Counted from the stretch's first letter, positions 46,227 through 55,780 are shown. The stretch: 64,000 nucleotides of DNA from a virus (IMGVR_UViG_2938905056_000003:3426-67425), one strand, 5' to 3'. Program-made: numbers and translations. Notes: a model not told the origin generated them from the letters alone.

Positions 46227-48473
46227 TTAAACCGCCCCCGTCTTTCCTTGCCAGCCTTCGCTAACAATCCGTTTTTGTTTTTCATAATCTTCCACCTTAG
46301 GATAATCATCGCGATTGACTTCGCCAGTGAAAAATTCGTCTACTTTCATCCCTTCGCCCCATCTTCGGCTAATTTCGATATCCGTCTTATTCGGAATATT
46401 ACCGAAAACGTACGTATTTACCATAACGTCTTCGAAAGCTTTTACGTCTTCTCGCGTAATTGTTTCCGGAACTAACAACAAGTCTTCATCATGCACTACG
46501 CACCACGGCCGCCATATACCACGCCCTTCAGCCGTCTTCCTGTCGCACAACTCTTGTAGCGCAATCATTGTCGCTTTAGTCTGAATGGCTGCTGACCCCT
46601 GAACTCTTGCGTTTGTTGACTGTGTATATACAGCCGAGTAGTGTCCTTTGGCGTTTCTATCCTTTGCGTCAGGCAAACGTCTCTTACGCTGGTTGTGGTC
46701 CATCCATACGTAGCCGTATTTTTTAACGAAAGCTTGATTCGATTCGACCCACTTCTTAACCACAGGAAACCTTTCGAAGAAGCTATCGAGGAACTTTTGC
46801 GCTTCCTGTTTCGTGATTCCAATCGCATCTTTAAGCATGTTAGCGCCACCACCGTAAGCAACCGCGAGCATGATAACTTTTGCTTGTTTGCGATATACCG
46901 ATCCGTCTCCGCACTCTTCTATCGGCTTGTTAAAAACCTCGGAAGCAATCGAAGCATACAAGTCTCTCCCTTGCAAGTAGTTATCGACTAGCTTAGGATC
47001 TTGTGTAAAGTACGCTAGGCAACGATATTCTTGCTGGCTCCAGTCTCCGCCGAGTATCACGTAACCTTTAGGAGCAACGAATAACTTACGCGCTTCCTTC
47101 GGCTGATTTTGAAGGTTGACGCCGGTACCTCCAGATGAAAAGCGCCCAGTTTTTGCGCCGTTTTGATTAAAATTCGTATAAAGCTTTCCGGTCTTGCGGT
47201 CAATCAATTCCGGCAAAGCGTTGATGTACGTTGAATAGAGTTTGAATAACTCTTTATATTCGAGAAGCTTCTTGATAATCGGATACTTTTTCGCGAGTGG
47301 TTTCAAAACCTTCTTCGCATCAGTTGACGCTAGCTTTTCCCCCGTCGCTTTTTCTAACGCTGGCTTAAGCTGCGCCGGCGAGTTAATGTTAATATCGCCT
47401 AACTCGTCGATAATCTCCTCATATAAACGGTCAATCTCCGCTTTGATTTCCTTACCGTATTCCTTCGCGAAATCTAAGTCGATATCGAATCCGGTCGACT
47501 CTAGTTTTTGCACAACGCTTATCAACGGAACTTCTACCGTTTCGTAATAGCGAAGGATCTCTGGAAATTTCGTAAGCTGATAGCGTTGGAAATCGCGTAG
47601 TTTACGCGTTACATCTCCGTCTTTAGCAGCGTAGGCAAGCGCAATTTTCAAGTCGCCGATTTCGTCAAAGCCAATCTTTCCGAATAGGTCTCCGTAGGTA
47701 TCCGATTTAATCCGCAGGTACTTAGTAACGAGATTCTTCAGCGCAAAGGACGGCTCATTTTCGTTAAGCAACCGCATAGCTTCCTGTGTATCCCACGTTA
47801 GTCCGCGCAGCTTAATACCTTCGCGATCCAGCATGTGTATATCGAACTTGGCGTTATGGGCGAGCTTACCGATCGATTCGTCTTCATAGTACGGGCGCAA
47901 CTTTTCGAGCACATATCCGTTAGCTAATTGCGGATGATCCGTTTTATGCTTCGTTGGTATATACGCATGGATGTCCGCTTTAATAGCCGTTATTACATGT
48001 CCGACAATATAGTCGTTCCATACGTCTGTACCCGTCGTCTCTACGTCAAATACGATTTCTTCTTCGGTATTCAGCAGCGCCAGGAATTCGTCTAAGCGCG
48101 ATTCAGTCGTTATCAGCCAATAATTATCCGGCGTATTATCGACCATCTGCCGCAACGTTTCTTCGCGCTGGGCTTCCTGTAAAGACTTCCACAACCGGAG
48201 CGCCTCCGCCTTGCTGAACGCTTTAGGATTGCCGGCCTTGTTAACGCAGTCATCCGGATCTCTCGCCAGCTTGCCCGCACCCATAGCCGCCTTGACTTCG
48301 GTTAGTCTTTTGCGGTCGGCATCCGATAGTTTCATCGCGAATATCTTGCGCCAGCTTTCCTCGATCGGCTCGGCGGTTTTGGCTTTCGCCTTCCGCTTGG
48401 CCGTTGCCTGGACCGCGTCCGTTTTCGGCGCCGCCGGCTTTAACGCGTTCAAGTTTAACTGTAAGCCTTCCAT
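46227..48473 (-). CDS. Family A DNA polymerase
   Basis: Exo FDVETTG/HNAKFD/YAAKD; TGRFSS..NLQN, DWSQQEYR, RKQAK..YG, QGSAA, VHDE. Confidence 0.95.
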   Translation of the reverse strand: MEGLQLNLNALKPAAPKTDAVQATAKRKAKAKTAEPIEESWRKIFAMKLSDADRKRLTEVKAAMGAGKLARDPDDCVNKAGNPKAFSKAEALRLWKSLQEAQREETLRQMVDNTPDNYWLITTESRLDEFLALLNTEEEIVFDVETTGTDVWNDYIVGHVITAIKADIHAYIPTKHKTDHPQLANGYVLEKLRPYYEDESIGKLAHNAKFDIHMLDREGIKLRGLTWDTQEAMRLLNENEPSFALKNLVTKYLRIKSDTYGDLFGKIGFDEIGDLKIALAYAAKDGDVTRKLRDFQRYQLTKFPEILRYYETVEVPLISVVQKLESTGFDIDLDFAKEYGKEIKAEIDRLYEEIIDELGDININSPAQLKPALEKATGEKLASTDAKKVLKPLAKKYPIIKKLLEYKELFKLYSTYINALPELIDRKTGKLYTNFNQNGAKTGRFSSGGTGVNLQNQPKEARKLFVAPKGYVILGGDWSQQEYRCLAYFTQDPKLVDNYLQGRDLYASIASEVFNKPIEECGDGSVYRKQAKVIMLAVAYGGGANMLKDAIGITKQEAQKFLDSFFERFPVVKKWVESNQAFVKKYGYVWMDHNQRKRRLPDAKDRNAKGHYSAVYTQSTNARVQGSAAIQTKATMIALQELCDRKTAEGRGIWRPWCVVHDEDLLLVPETITREDVKAFEDVMVNTYVFGNIPNKTDIEISRRWGEGMKVDEFFTGEVNRDDYPKVEDYEKQKRIVSEGWQGKTGAV

Positions 48474-48507
48474 CCGTCGTCCTCCTTCCTCGCGAAGTAA
48501 TTGCGGG

Positions 48508-48660
48508 TTACTTTTCGTTATTGCCTTCGTAGATTAAGTAAAATCCGTTCAATAGGAGAAGCATCACGTTCGCCGCAACTAACGGCCAATTTCCGTCGAT
48601 TACCCAAAAGACGAGACATATCGCGAATATCACATTCGTCGCGTAACACAACGTCCTCAT
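48508..48660 (-). CDS. 50-aa membrane peptide (not in track)
   Basis: GGAGG RBS; MRTLCYATNVIFAICLVFWVIDGNWPLVAANVMLLLLNGFYLIYEGNNEK. Confidence 0.55.
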   Translation of the reverse strand: MRTLCYATNVIFAICLVFWVIDGNWPLVAANVMLLLLNGFYLIYEGNNEK

Positions 48661-48836
48661 AAATCGACCGCCTCCGTCCATCTCCGTTTATATTCCTCGG
48701 CATTATCCGCATACCACTCCGACCAACACGTCGCCCCGCACGCATATACCTCGAAGAGCGAATCGTAAACTGCGGATCGCCCTTCGTAGAGGCTAGCGTT
48801 ACATGCGGCGCAGACGGCGGCGACTTTAGCGGTCAA
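48657..48836 (-). CDS. 59-aa Cys-containing protein (not in track)
   Basis: TTG start; CAAC..CGATC zinc-finger-like. Confidence 0.55.
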   Translation of the reverse strand: MTAKVAAVCAACNASLYEGRSAVYDSLFEVYACGATCWSEWYADNAEEYKRRWTEAVDL

Positions 48837-49863
48837 AGCGCGCCTCGACTGGCGTTACTAGCGTTATAGCCGCATCGCGTTTGTACCCATCGGCGAAGCC
48901 TTCTGAGTCCTTGAAGCCGATCGGATAACCTAATCGGTCGTCTATACGGTTGATTTCGTACAAATTACCATTAGGACTGCGGAATATATCGCCGACCTTG
49001 TACTCGCCAACCTCGCGTCCGATTTCCGCCCATTTCTTGCGTTCGGCGGCTTCGGCGGCGACGCGTTTAGCTTCGGCAACTTCTTCGTCAGTGGCGCGGA
49101 CGAGTTGGCGTTTTGGAACGTATTGAGTTACTCCGCCTGTGATTTTACGAGCGCATTCGTTAATTGGTCCCGTGAACGGATCTTCAACAATTTCAACGAT
49201 ATCTCCGTCGCGGAAGCTGTGGTAATCGGTGGCGTTAACCACCTTCGCATAATCACCGACCTTCAGGCGCTCAGGCTTCGGGTCGTCGGCGCCGGCTTTG
49301 CGGTAAACTTCGAAATCGTCACTGTAGGTGTCATATTCATCTCCATCATCGTCAATAATTACGGGATCTCCGTCCTCAAATTCTTTAATTTCGTAATATT
49401 CTTTAGCGGTCAAGAAGCTCGGGGGATAATCGAACTTTACGTAATCGCCCGCTCGCGCTTCGCTTTTGGCGATCCGCTTATACTCCGCCTCACCCTTCAA
49501 CACAGCCACGTCGGATTTTAACGATTCGATTTCGCCTTCCGCTTTTGCTACGCGTTCTTCTACGGACGGATTAGTTGCGGCGTCGACTTTGCGGAAAGCG
49601 ATACCGTTACCATTCTTTTGGACGGCTGAAGCGTTCCCTCTATACATCGTTGGGATTTCGATACCACCGCCAGGACGTTTATTCGCCATGTAAAACGCTC
49701 CAGTATCGCCACCGATTACGAGATGTCCTTCCGTTAATAGGAATATGTCGCCTTCCTGAACGGGACTATCCGTCTTCACATATTCCGCACCGCCATACTC
49801 AACCTTCGTAATTTCACCGTTCACCATATCGAGTGTCTTAACGCCTTCTAATTTCGCCATCAT
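48826..49863 (-). CDS. Phage protein with repeated (V/A)GD.(V/A)K domains
   Basis: Repeated motifs ARAGDYVK, LKVGDYAKV, YKVGDIF. Confidence 0.7.
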   Translation of the reverse strand: MMAKLEGVKTLDMVNGEITKVEYGGAEYVKTDSPVQEGDIFLLTEGHLVIGGDTGAFYMANKRPGGGIEIPTMYRGNASAVQKNGNGIAFRKVDAATNPSVEERVAKAEGEIESLKSDVAVLKGEAEYKRIAKSEARAGDYVKFDYPPSFLTAKEYYEIKEFEDGDPVIIDDDGDEYDTYSDDFEVYRKAGADDPKPERLKVGDYAKVVNATDYHSFRDGDIVEIVEDPFTGPINECARKITGGVTQYVPKRQLVRATDEEVAEAKRVAAEAAERKKWAEIGREVGEYKVGDIFRSPNGNLYEINRIDDRLGYPIGFKDSEGFADGYKRDAAITLVTPVEARFDR

Positions 49864-50297
49864 ACCGCCTCCGCTTCGTTAATTTCCGTAAATTCTACGT
49901 CTTCGCGACTGAACGCCAAGTCCATCCGTACCCACCGCTTGCCTTCCTTCGACTGCGGCCCCCAATACTCCGTTAGCTCGCGATTCTCGAACATCCAAAC
50001 GGCGGGCGCCGGACCCGTGCCGACCTCGACGCCGATAAAATAATCGACCTCATCCAGCGTATAAGGCGTTCCGTCGTTCTTCCGCGCCTGGACGACCCGC
50101 TTGCCGCCGCGCTTTTCACGGACGATAATCGTCTTCACCTGGAACGTTTTCCATTCGCCACTCAACGGATCTTTCGCGCTAATATCGAACGCTTCTTCCG
50201 TTTCGGACGTACTGACCGCCTGCCAGCCGCTAGCCAGCAGCGCAGCACGAGCGATCAGTTCCGAATACTTGCCGGTATCTTCTGTTTTATGCGCCAT
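49860..50297 (-). CDS. PD-(D/E)XK endonuclease-like protein
   Basis: G..SE..A..AL..G...FDI..FQVKT..Y...VDYF. Confidence 0.7.
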   Translation of the reverse strand: MAHKTEDTGKYSELIARAALLASGWQAVSTSETEEAFDISAKDPLSGEWKTFQVKTIIVREKRGGKRVVQARKNDGTPYTLDEVDYFIGVEVGTGPAPAVWMFENRELTEYWGPQSKEGKRWVRMDLAFSREDVEFTEINEAEAV

Positions 50298-50331
50298 ATA
50301 AGCGCCTCCTTTTCGTTTGGTTGGTTCGCGA

Positions 50332-51114
50332 TTAAAAATCGAATGAATCTTCGGCAGGTGCTTCGTTAGTTTCTGCGCCTGCTCCGAGCGACAATCCGAT
50401 CAAGCTAATATCGAAGCCAGCCGCGACTAGGTTTTCAATCTGCGTTTTTTCGTCCGCTTCGAATAGCAAACCGTCAAACAGCGCCGAGTTAAATTCCTTG
50501 CCGTCAAACTTGGCGAAGTTCTCGCGTTCCTTTTCGTTAAGATCTTCGTCAAAGTCGATCAGAGGTGTCAGCGCGACCTTAGTATCTTTCGCCTGTCCTG
50601 TCGCGTTCGTTTTCGTTAATTCAAACGCTAACTTGCCGAGTTTCTTTTCATACTTCGTAATTGTTGCGTATACGTCCAGCGCTTGGTTGCGCGTTAAATC
50701 TACAACGATTTCTTTTCCGGTCGCCAAGTCAACGAAGCCCATAGCGAAACGTTCTTTGCCGCGATACTTGCTGGCCTCCTGGCTTTGCGCTTTCTCTTCC
50801 TTTTCGTTGCCCGCGTCTCTGGCTGCGAATTGGAGATCGCGGTGATACTTTTCGGCTAAATCCCACGGCGTGTGATCGCTGACTACGAAGCCCTTTTCGT
50901 TTCGCGTAGAAGGATTCTTCGCAACAAACGTATTTACTTTCTTGTAAACGCCATATCCGAAATACTGCATCAGATCTTCCGTACCAAGCACGCGCACTTT
51001 ATAAGAAGAACCTACGCTAAACTTTGCGAAGTCGATCGTATTTAAGTTACCGCCTTCGTTTCCGCCTGACTGTAAAGCTCCTAGTGCCGCTGCGCCTTTT
51101 TGAAATTGTGTCAT
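50332..51114 (-). CDS. Single-stranded DNA-binding protein
   Basis: Replication-module position, KVRVL motif, acidic tail ending EDSFDF. Confidence 0.65.
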   Translation of the reverse strand: MTQFQKGAAALGALQSGGNEGGNLNTIDFAKFSVGSSYKVRVLGTEDLMQYFGYGVYKKVNTFVAKNPSTRNEKGFVVSDHTPWDLAEKYHRDLQFAARDAGNEKEEKAQSQEASKYRGKERFAMGFVDLATGKEIVVDLTRNQALDVYATITKYEKKLGKLAFELTKTNATGQAKDTKVALTPLIDFDEDLNEKERENFAKFDGKEFNSALFDGLLFEADEKTQIENLVAAGFDISLIGLSLGAGAETNEAPAEDSFDF

Positions 51115-51139
51115 TCGTTTTCCCCCTACGTTTTAATAT

Positions 51140-51262
51140 TGAGCGTTAAGCCCTCGCAAAATGCCGGTACCTGCGCCCGAAACGCCGCCAGCGCTTGGCA
51201 GTAGCGACGCGACCCGAATTACTTAACGGCCACCCCGACATTCTCCGAGGGCCTGGCGCCCT
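51140..51262 (-). ncRNA. Structured leader upstream of ssb
   Basis: Nested stems GCCCTCG/CGAGGGC, AATGTCGG/CCGGCATT, CGTCGCTA/TGGCGGCG. Confidence 0.5.
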
Positions 51263-51366
51263 TACTGCGTTTTCTTTTCGTCTTCGTTTATTTGCGTCCA
51301 CATACCGCCGATAATGACCGAGCTGATAATCACGACAATAGGAACGATCCATACAGCGTCAGACAT
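51262..51366 (-). CDS. 34-aa single-TM peptide
   Basis: MSDAVWIVPIVVIISSVIIGGMWTQINEDEKKTQ behind GAAGGAG. Confidence 0.55.
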   Translation of the reverse strand: MSDAVWIVPIVVIISSVIIGGMWTQINEDEKKTQ

Positions 51367-51865
51367 ATGCCGCCACTCCTTCCGCTGCTTTGTAGAGGTC
51401 GCGTTTGAGATCGAGTGATTCCGTCGGCAGTTCGTCAAGCCGCATCTGGAGCGCATTAATTCGCGCTTGGTAAGCCATGCGTTTAGCAACCGATCGAGTC
51501 CGTTTATATTCGGCGCGAAAGTATTCAATTTCTTCGTTTAATTCTTCGCGAAGACTTTCGTTAGACTTGAGCGCAGCCTGCACGTTTTCTTTCAAAGTAG
51601 CGAACGCCTCCTTAATAAGGTTAGCGCCGAGGTGCTTGCGCGCTTTATATACCGTTATTACGTTACTGTCGTTAACTCCGATATGGATAACGATGCCCTT
51701 GCCGCCATACATGCGAGCCTCGCGTCCATTTTCGTCAACATGAATTCCGAGGTACTCAGCGTCTTTCAAATGGTCCGCAACCCATACGTAGGCTGCTCGA
51801 TGGTTTTTAATCCCAAAGCGCGACTGCAACCGTTTGTGTGCGTGTGAGGTAATACGGAAGTTCAT
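51359..51865 (-). CDS. Hypothetical protein, N-terminal RelE/DUF4258-like pattern plus coiled coil
   Basis: ITSHAHKRLQSRFG..VITVY. Confidence 0.65.
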   Translation of the reverse strand: MNFRITSHAHKRLQSRFGIKNHRAAYVWVADHLKDAEYLGIHVDENGREARMYGGKGIVIHIGVNDSNVITVYKARKHLGANLIKEAFATLKENVQAALKSNESLREELNEEIEYFRAEYKRTRSVAKRMAYQARINALQMRLDELPTESLDLKRDLYKAAEGVAAYV

Positions 51866-52017
51866 CCGACGCGCACCGCCTTAATGGCCGGATAATAATC
51901 GGCTGGATCTTCGTCGTGCGGCCATGCGCCTTGATAAATAACTTCGGTAAGTTTGCGCTCATCTAGCGCGATTAACGTTTGGATTTCGTTAAGATTGGGT
52001 AAATTTGAAGTAGTCAT
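51862..52017 (-). CDS. 51-aa hypothetical protein (not in track)
   Basis: CGGAGG RBS; MTTSNLPNLNEIQTLIALDERKL...; ATGA coupling. Confidence 0.55.
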   Translation of the reverse strand: MTTSNLPNLNEIQTLIALDERKLTEVIYQGAWPHDEDPADYYPAIKAVRVG

Positions 52018-52052
52018 AGTACGTTAGCCTCCGTTTAATTAAGGATAATCGC

Positions 52053-52146
52053 ACTAGGTCGCGGGGATGCGTTCGTAAAGTGTTCGCTTGAATCTGTTGC
52101 CAACAGATTGTATTATAGAGGAGTAACGAACGTCCTCGGACCTAGT
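52053..52146. promoter_or_regulatory. Large hairpin containing antisense SigA promoter and 19-bp palindrome
   Basis: ACTAGGTC..GTTCGT / ACGAAC..GACCTAGT arms; TTGAAT-N17-TATTAT on plus strand; AATCTGTTG-C-CAACAGATT. Confidence 0.65.
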
Positions 52147-52153
52147 TACGCGG

Positions 52154-52762
52154 TTAGTTCGCAACTAAATAGTCGCGGAAATCTCCGAACTGTTTATTAT
52201 CGAATTTGCTCGCCAGCTTTTCGATCTTGCGTATGACCGTTGAGTGATGCAGGCCTAACTGCTTTCCGATTGCCGTCGGAGTTGGTCTCTCACTCGAAAG
52301 AAACGCTTCAACGATTGCCGTCGTTGTTGCATCCTTAGCTTTATCTAATAGGAAGTCAATCAGTTGCCGCTGATCGGCTTCTTTTTTTGTTACCACAACA
52401 TCTTCGGGAGTTATTTCGTAAGTGACTTCGAATGTTGCCGCATTCATATCGTCCTTTTTCGGAATAAACTCGTGCTTATTTCGGTTACTTCTGCCTCGCA
52501 AGAAATGCCGTCGCTGTAACGGTATGCTTGCGTTAAAAAGATTTTCAAAATCGTTTGATCCGTCGTAATTGCTAATACATTTTAGCAGCGTATCCTCGTA
52601 TAGAGCCCTCGTTTCCCAATAATCCGCACCTATTGACTTTCCGATAGTTACAAACAGCTTATCAATTCTTGTGATGAAGTGATCGTAAATCTCATGGAAA
52701 GTTTTTTCGCACTTCGATTTCTGATAATCAAGGACAGCGTTATTCATTTGTTTTTTATTCAA
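52154..52762 (-). CDS. Phage sigma-70-like factor
   Basis: TTG behind AAGGGAGG; region-2-like (F.EIY..LYEDTLLKCISNYD..F) and C-terminal HTH (PTAIGKQLGLHHSTVIRKI). Confidence 0.7.
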   Translation of the reverse strand: MNKKQMNNAVLDYQKSKCEKTFHEIYDHFITRIDKLFVTIGKSIGADYWETRALYEDTLLKCISNYDGSNDFENLFNASIPLQRRHFLRGRSNRNKHEFIPKKDDMNAATFEVTYEITPEDVVVTKKEADQRQLIDFLLDKAKDATTTAIVEAFLSSERPTPTAIGKQLGLHHSTVIRKIEKLASKFDNKQFGDFRDYLVAN

Positions 52763-52929
52763 TGTTTTTCCTCCCTTACGCTTACATATGACAATATGCA
52801 TCTGGAGTAAATCTCGCGCATTTTTTTGTTTTCTTTTTTCTCCATGTGTAAATAATACCAAGAACTCTGTTAAATTTTCTGAAAATAGCGCCTTTATTAT
52901 TCATTAAAAGTTAGCGCGCGTTTAGCAAT

Positions 52930-52962
52930 AAAAAAAAAAGCCGCAACCTCGATGGTTGCGGC
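52930..52962 (-). terminator. Terminator after aimP
   Basis: GCCGCAACC-atcga-GGTTGCGGC followed by T10. Confidence 0.85.
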
Positions 52963-52970
52963 GTTAATAA

Positions 52971-53099
52971 TTAAGCTCCAATCCTAATATCAGCGACTTT
53001 GTATTCCCCTTCAGAACTAGCTTGATCCTGGAATTCCCCTTTAGCTACATACCCGATTGCTGCTGCGATTATTAAAACTGTTAATAAAATCTTTTTCAA
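52971..53099 (-). CDS. aimP: Arbitrium peptide precursor, predicted mature DIRIGA
   Basis: Not in track. AAAGGAGAGG RBS, TTG; MKKILLTVLIIAAAIGYVAKGEFQDQASSEGEYKVADIRIGA; overlaps aimR 3' end. Confidence 0.9.
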   Translation of the reverse strand: MKKILLTVLIIAAAIGYVAKGEFQDQASSEGEYKVADIRIGA

Positions 53100-54264
53100 A
53101 TAAAACCTCTCCTTTAATAACTTTTTTGAATTTCAGGAATGGTCTGAGCGCTCTTGAATCCTCGCCTGCTTTCTCGAGTTCTTTTGCAACTAATTTAGCG
53201 AAAAAGAAATTCTCATTGCAGAAAAAAGATTCCAAGCAATTATACATTACATCAATTGACTTTTCCGCGGTATTTTCAAAGAAAAGCAAAAAGTTATCCC
53301 TCTCTCCTTTCTCCAAGACCTCCTTAAGTTTCTCAAGTGATATCTTACCTCTTCTAGCATTCTGATAAGCACGTAATCTCATATTAGAATCCTCGTCCAA
53401 GGTTATCCCATGAAACACTTTTGCAAAGTCTAGATTAAATTTCGCCTCTTGAATGTATTGCATATCACCTGTTTCACGCATCAGTTCGTAACTTGTCCGT
53501 AGATTATATAGACATTTGTCTTTATCCTCTGACAAGTACGTCATTCCTATTACATAATATGCATCTGATTTCTTTTTCGCGGATATATTTGCATGAATTA
53601 TTGATTCTGCAAAATGTCTTGCGGAGTCTGTATCATTTAGATATAAACATACAGGTCCAAACAATTCACAAACCCTGAACAATAAGCATTCTTTAAAAAA
53701 TGTTTCTCGTTCTCCTAAGCTTAGAGCTTCCTGTTGAATGACATCTAGTTCGGAAGTCATTTTTTGAATATCGCCTTCAAAGTAAGTTGTAAACTGACAC
53801 ATTATTTTCATTAATATTAGAAGAGGTTTATTTGTAATATGGTGCAAGGAATTAACCTCATCTCGAAGTTTGAAACCACTGAGAGATCCCGTCATATACT
53901 TGTACAAGATAGTGTAAATATCAACAGCCTGTTTTACAACTCCGTCTGAGTCCTTGTTTATATTTAGGAGATTGCTAAGAAGATTGATGTTAGATGTAAT
54001 TGCAGCGTATTCAAAAGAGTTTTTAATATTTTCTGTTCCGGTTACATGCAGGCACCACGTAGACATAATCTCTCTGCTACTCTTATTAGTGTTTTCTGCA
54101 AGTAATTGCGCAAACCTGATTAGCTTTCTGAAACTGATTTTTCCTTTTTTGAAGAAATCTCGATAAGAGCTTTCTTTCATTCCTACGTATTGCCTGACGT
54201 AAGCTTTCTTAATTTGGTCATTATCCTCTATAAAATCCCCAATCTCTTTAATGATATAATCCAC
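53041..54264 (-). CDS. aimR: Arbitrium receptor (HTH + TPR)
   Basis: 407 aa helical TPR-like protein with N-terminal HTH, followed by signal-peptide ORF ending xxxxGA. Confidence 0.85.
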   Translation of the reverse strand: MDYIIKEIGDFIEDNDQIKKAYVRQYVGMKESSYRDFFKKGKISFRKLIRFAQLLAENTNKSSREIMSTWCLHVTGTENIKNSFEYAAITSNINLLSNLLNINKDSDGVVKQAVDIYTILYKYMTGSLSGFKLRDEVNSLHHITNKPLLILMKIMCQFTTYFEGDIQKMTSELDVIQQEALSLGERETFFKECLLFRVCELFGPVCLYLNDTDSARHFAESIIHANISAKKKSDAYYVIGMTYLSEDKDKCLYNLRTSYELMRETGDMQYIQEAKFNLDFAKVFHGITLDEDSNMRLRAYQNARRGKISLEKLKEVLEKGERDNFLLFFENTAEKSIDVMYNCLESFFCNENFFFAKLVAKELEKAGEDSRALRPFLKFKKVIKGEVLFEKDFINSFNNRSSNRVCS

Positions 54265-54323
54265 TAAGGTCTACCCCCTGCTTTCTATTATTGAAGAATT
54301 ACATTCGATGTTTGTCTAACCTC

Positions 54324-54353
54324 ATTATAAATATCGTTATATCGATATGTCAA
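54324..54353 (-). promoter_or_regulatory. aimR promoter with inverted repeat
   Basis: TTGACA-N18-TATAAT; ATATCG-N6-CGATAT in spacer. Confidence 0.7.
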
Positions 54354-54393
54354 CATATAATTATACTAGTTTTTAAAAAGACAATAATATACA

Positions 54394-54660
54394 ATGTACA
54401 AGACACCTTTACGAATGGAGGTGTTTATTACGTTTAAGGTCGGCAAATGCCGGATACCCGAATTATGCAAAGATATCGGAATTGAACACGCACAACTTGC
54501 AGCCAAGGTCGGACTAGATAAATCGCGTATTTCCGATTACGCCAGTCTTCGCAATATACCGAATATCGAGCTCGCCTATAATATCGCTCGAGCACTCGGC
54601 TGTAGACTCGAAGACTTATACGAATGGGTAGAGGTATCCGGCGACGAAACGGAGGGCTAG
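54394..54660 (+). CDS. XRE-family HTH regulator divergent from aimR
   Basis: QLAAKVGLDKSRISDY..IARALGCRLEDLYEW; start uncertain (ATG 54415 or ATT 54427). Confidence 0.85.
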   Translation: MYKTPLRMEVFITFKVGKCRIPELCKDIGIEHAQLAAKVGLDKSRISDYASLRNIPNIELAYNIARALGCRLEDLYEWVEVSGDETEG

Positions 54661-55670
54661 AACCTCCGGCCGACCTGAAGTTCGGAAATTCCCGAACCGA
54701 CACGTAATACAGGACGTACACCCTCCGCACGATCATAAACGTTTCTCAACGCCTCTGCACCGCGCTTTACCAATAGTTCATTAGCGTCTTTCACCTCCGT
54801 TATATAACCGTGCGCAAGCCGCACCTTTCCGTTTAAATAACGCTCGATCTCCGCACGTAATTTATCGCCAGCTTTGTCGTTATCTGTAACTACCGTTAAA
54901 TATTCGATAGGTGACTGCGTAATTATGTCCGCCTTTTTCAAATTAAATGCGCTGCCGCCGGTTCCAATCGCCGGAACCCCTACCGAACGCCATGAATGCG
55001 CATCGATTTCCGCCTCGCAGATTACCACGTGCCTTAGCCGCTGCGCATAAACGAGGTCCATTCCGTAGACTAAATCGCGAATAGGCCATCCGCCTTTTAC
55101 GTACCAAAAAGCCTTGCCGCGCGTTGAACGATATTTCACGTTAGCGAGGCGCCCGTTCGGCAACCGCCATGGAATCGCGACCGCATTTCCTATGAGACCT
55201 ACGCCTGCCTCGCGCTGTACTTCAGCCGATATACCCCGTCCGGTTAGATAATCGTTAGGTCCGGCTTGAACGTCCGCCAGCAAAGATTCCGGCAAAGGTT
55301 CCGGTTTGGCTACGGCTTTAAGTTTCGGAAGGCGAAGCGTTAGGCGTCCGTCCTTAGCCGCAGGCGCATACGAATCCAATAGATAATCGACGGTTTCGCC
55401 TTCGGTTTCGGCGCGCAGGAAAGCGAGTAATTTAACGAACCCACCGCGCGCAAACTCGGCATCATACGCGCCTGAATCGCCCCAGTAGCCGGCTTTTGCT
55501 GACGATGTGTCTTCGAGATAAACGTAGAAGCTCGGCGTACGATCGTAACGGAACGGACTGGCTGCGAGTAATCGATCTTCCGTCCATGTGGGCCGCGTCC
55601 ATTCGAATTGTTCGAGTTCATATCGGATATCTACGTCGACGTGGCGTCCATTTAGTATTAAAGTTGGCAT
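54657..55670 (-). CDS. DNA primase (Toprim)
   Basis: YLTGRGI, ICEAEIDA, TDNDKAG, KDANE. Confidence 0.85.
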   Translation of the reverse strand: MPTLILNGRHVDVDIRYELEQFEWTRPTWTEDRLLAASPFRYDRTPSFYVYLEDTSSAKAGYWGDSGAYDAEFARGGFVKLLAFLRAETEGETVDYLLDSYAPAAKDGRLTLRLPKLKAVAKPEPLPESLLADVQAGPNDYLTGRGISAEVQREAGVGLIGNAVAIPWRLPNGRLANVKYRSTRGKAFWYVKGGWPIRDLVYGMDLVYAQRLRHVVICEAEIDAHSWRSVGVPAIGTGGSAFNLKKADIITQSPIEYLTVVTDNDKAGDKLRAEIERYLNGKVRLAHGYITEVKDANELLVKRGAEALRNVYDRAEGVRPVLRVGSGISELQVGRRF

Positions 55671-55780
55671 GTGAACACCTCCTAAAGATGTATTTGTAAA
55701 ACATATTACACGAATGTTACATTTTATACAGTCGGTTTTTGTCGAAACTATTCAGAATTTTATATGAAATTCTTTCCAAC

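Noticed and set aside
39056-48473. Introns or inteins in nrdE, nrdF or DNA polymerase as in SPbeta
   Set aside because: All are uninterrupted and of normal length.
52068-52087. Possible LexA (Cheo) box
   Set aside because: Only one GTTCG/CGAAC half-site fits CGAAC-N4-GTTCG; no full box noticed by eye.
52770-52930. AimR operator
   Set aside because: No convincing 6-bp inverted repeat with ~25-bp spacer found by eye.
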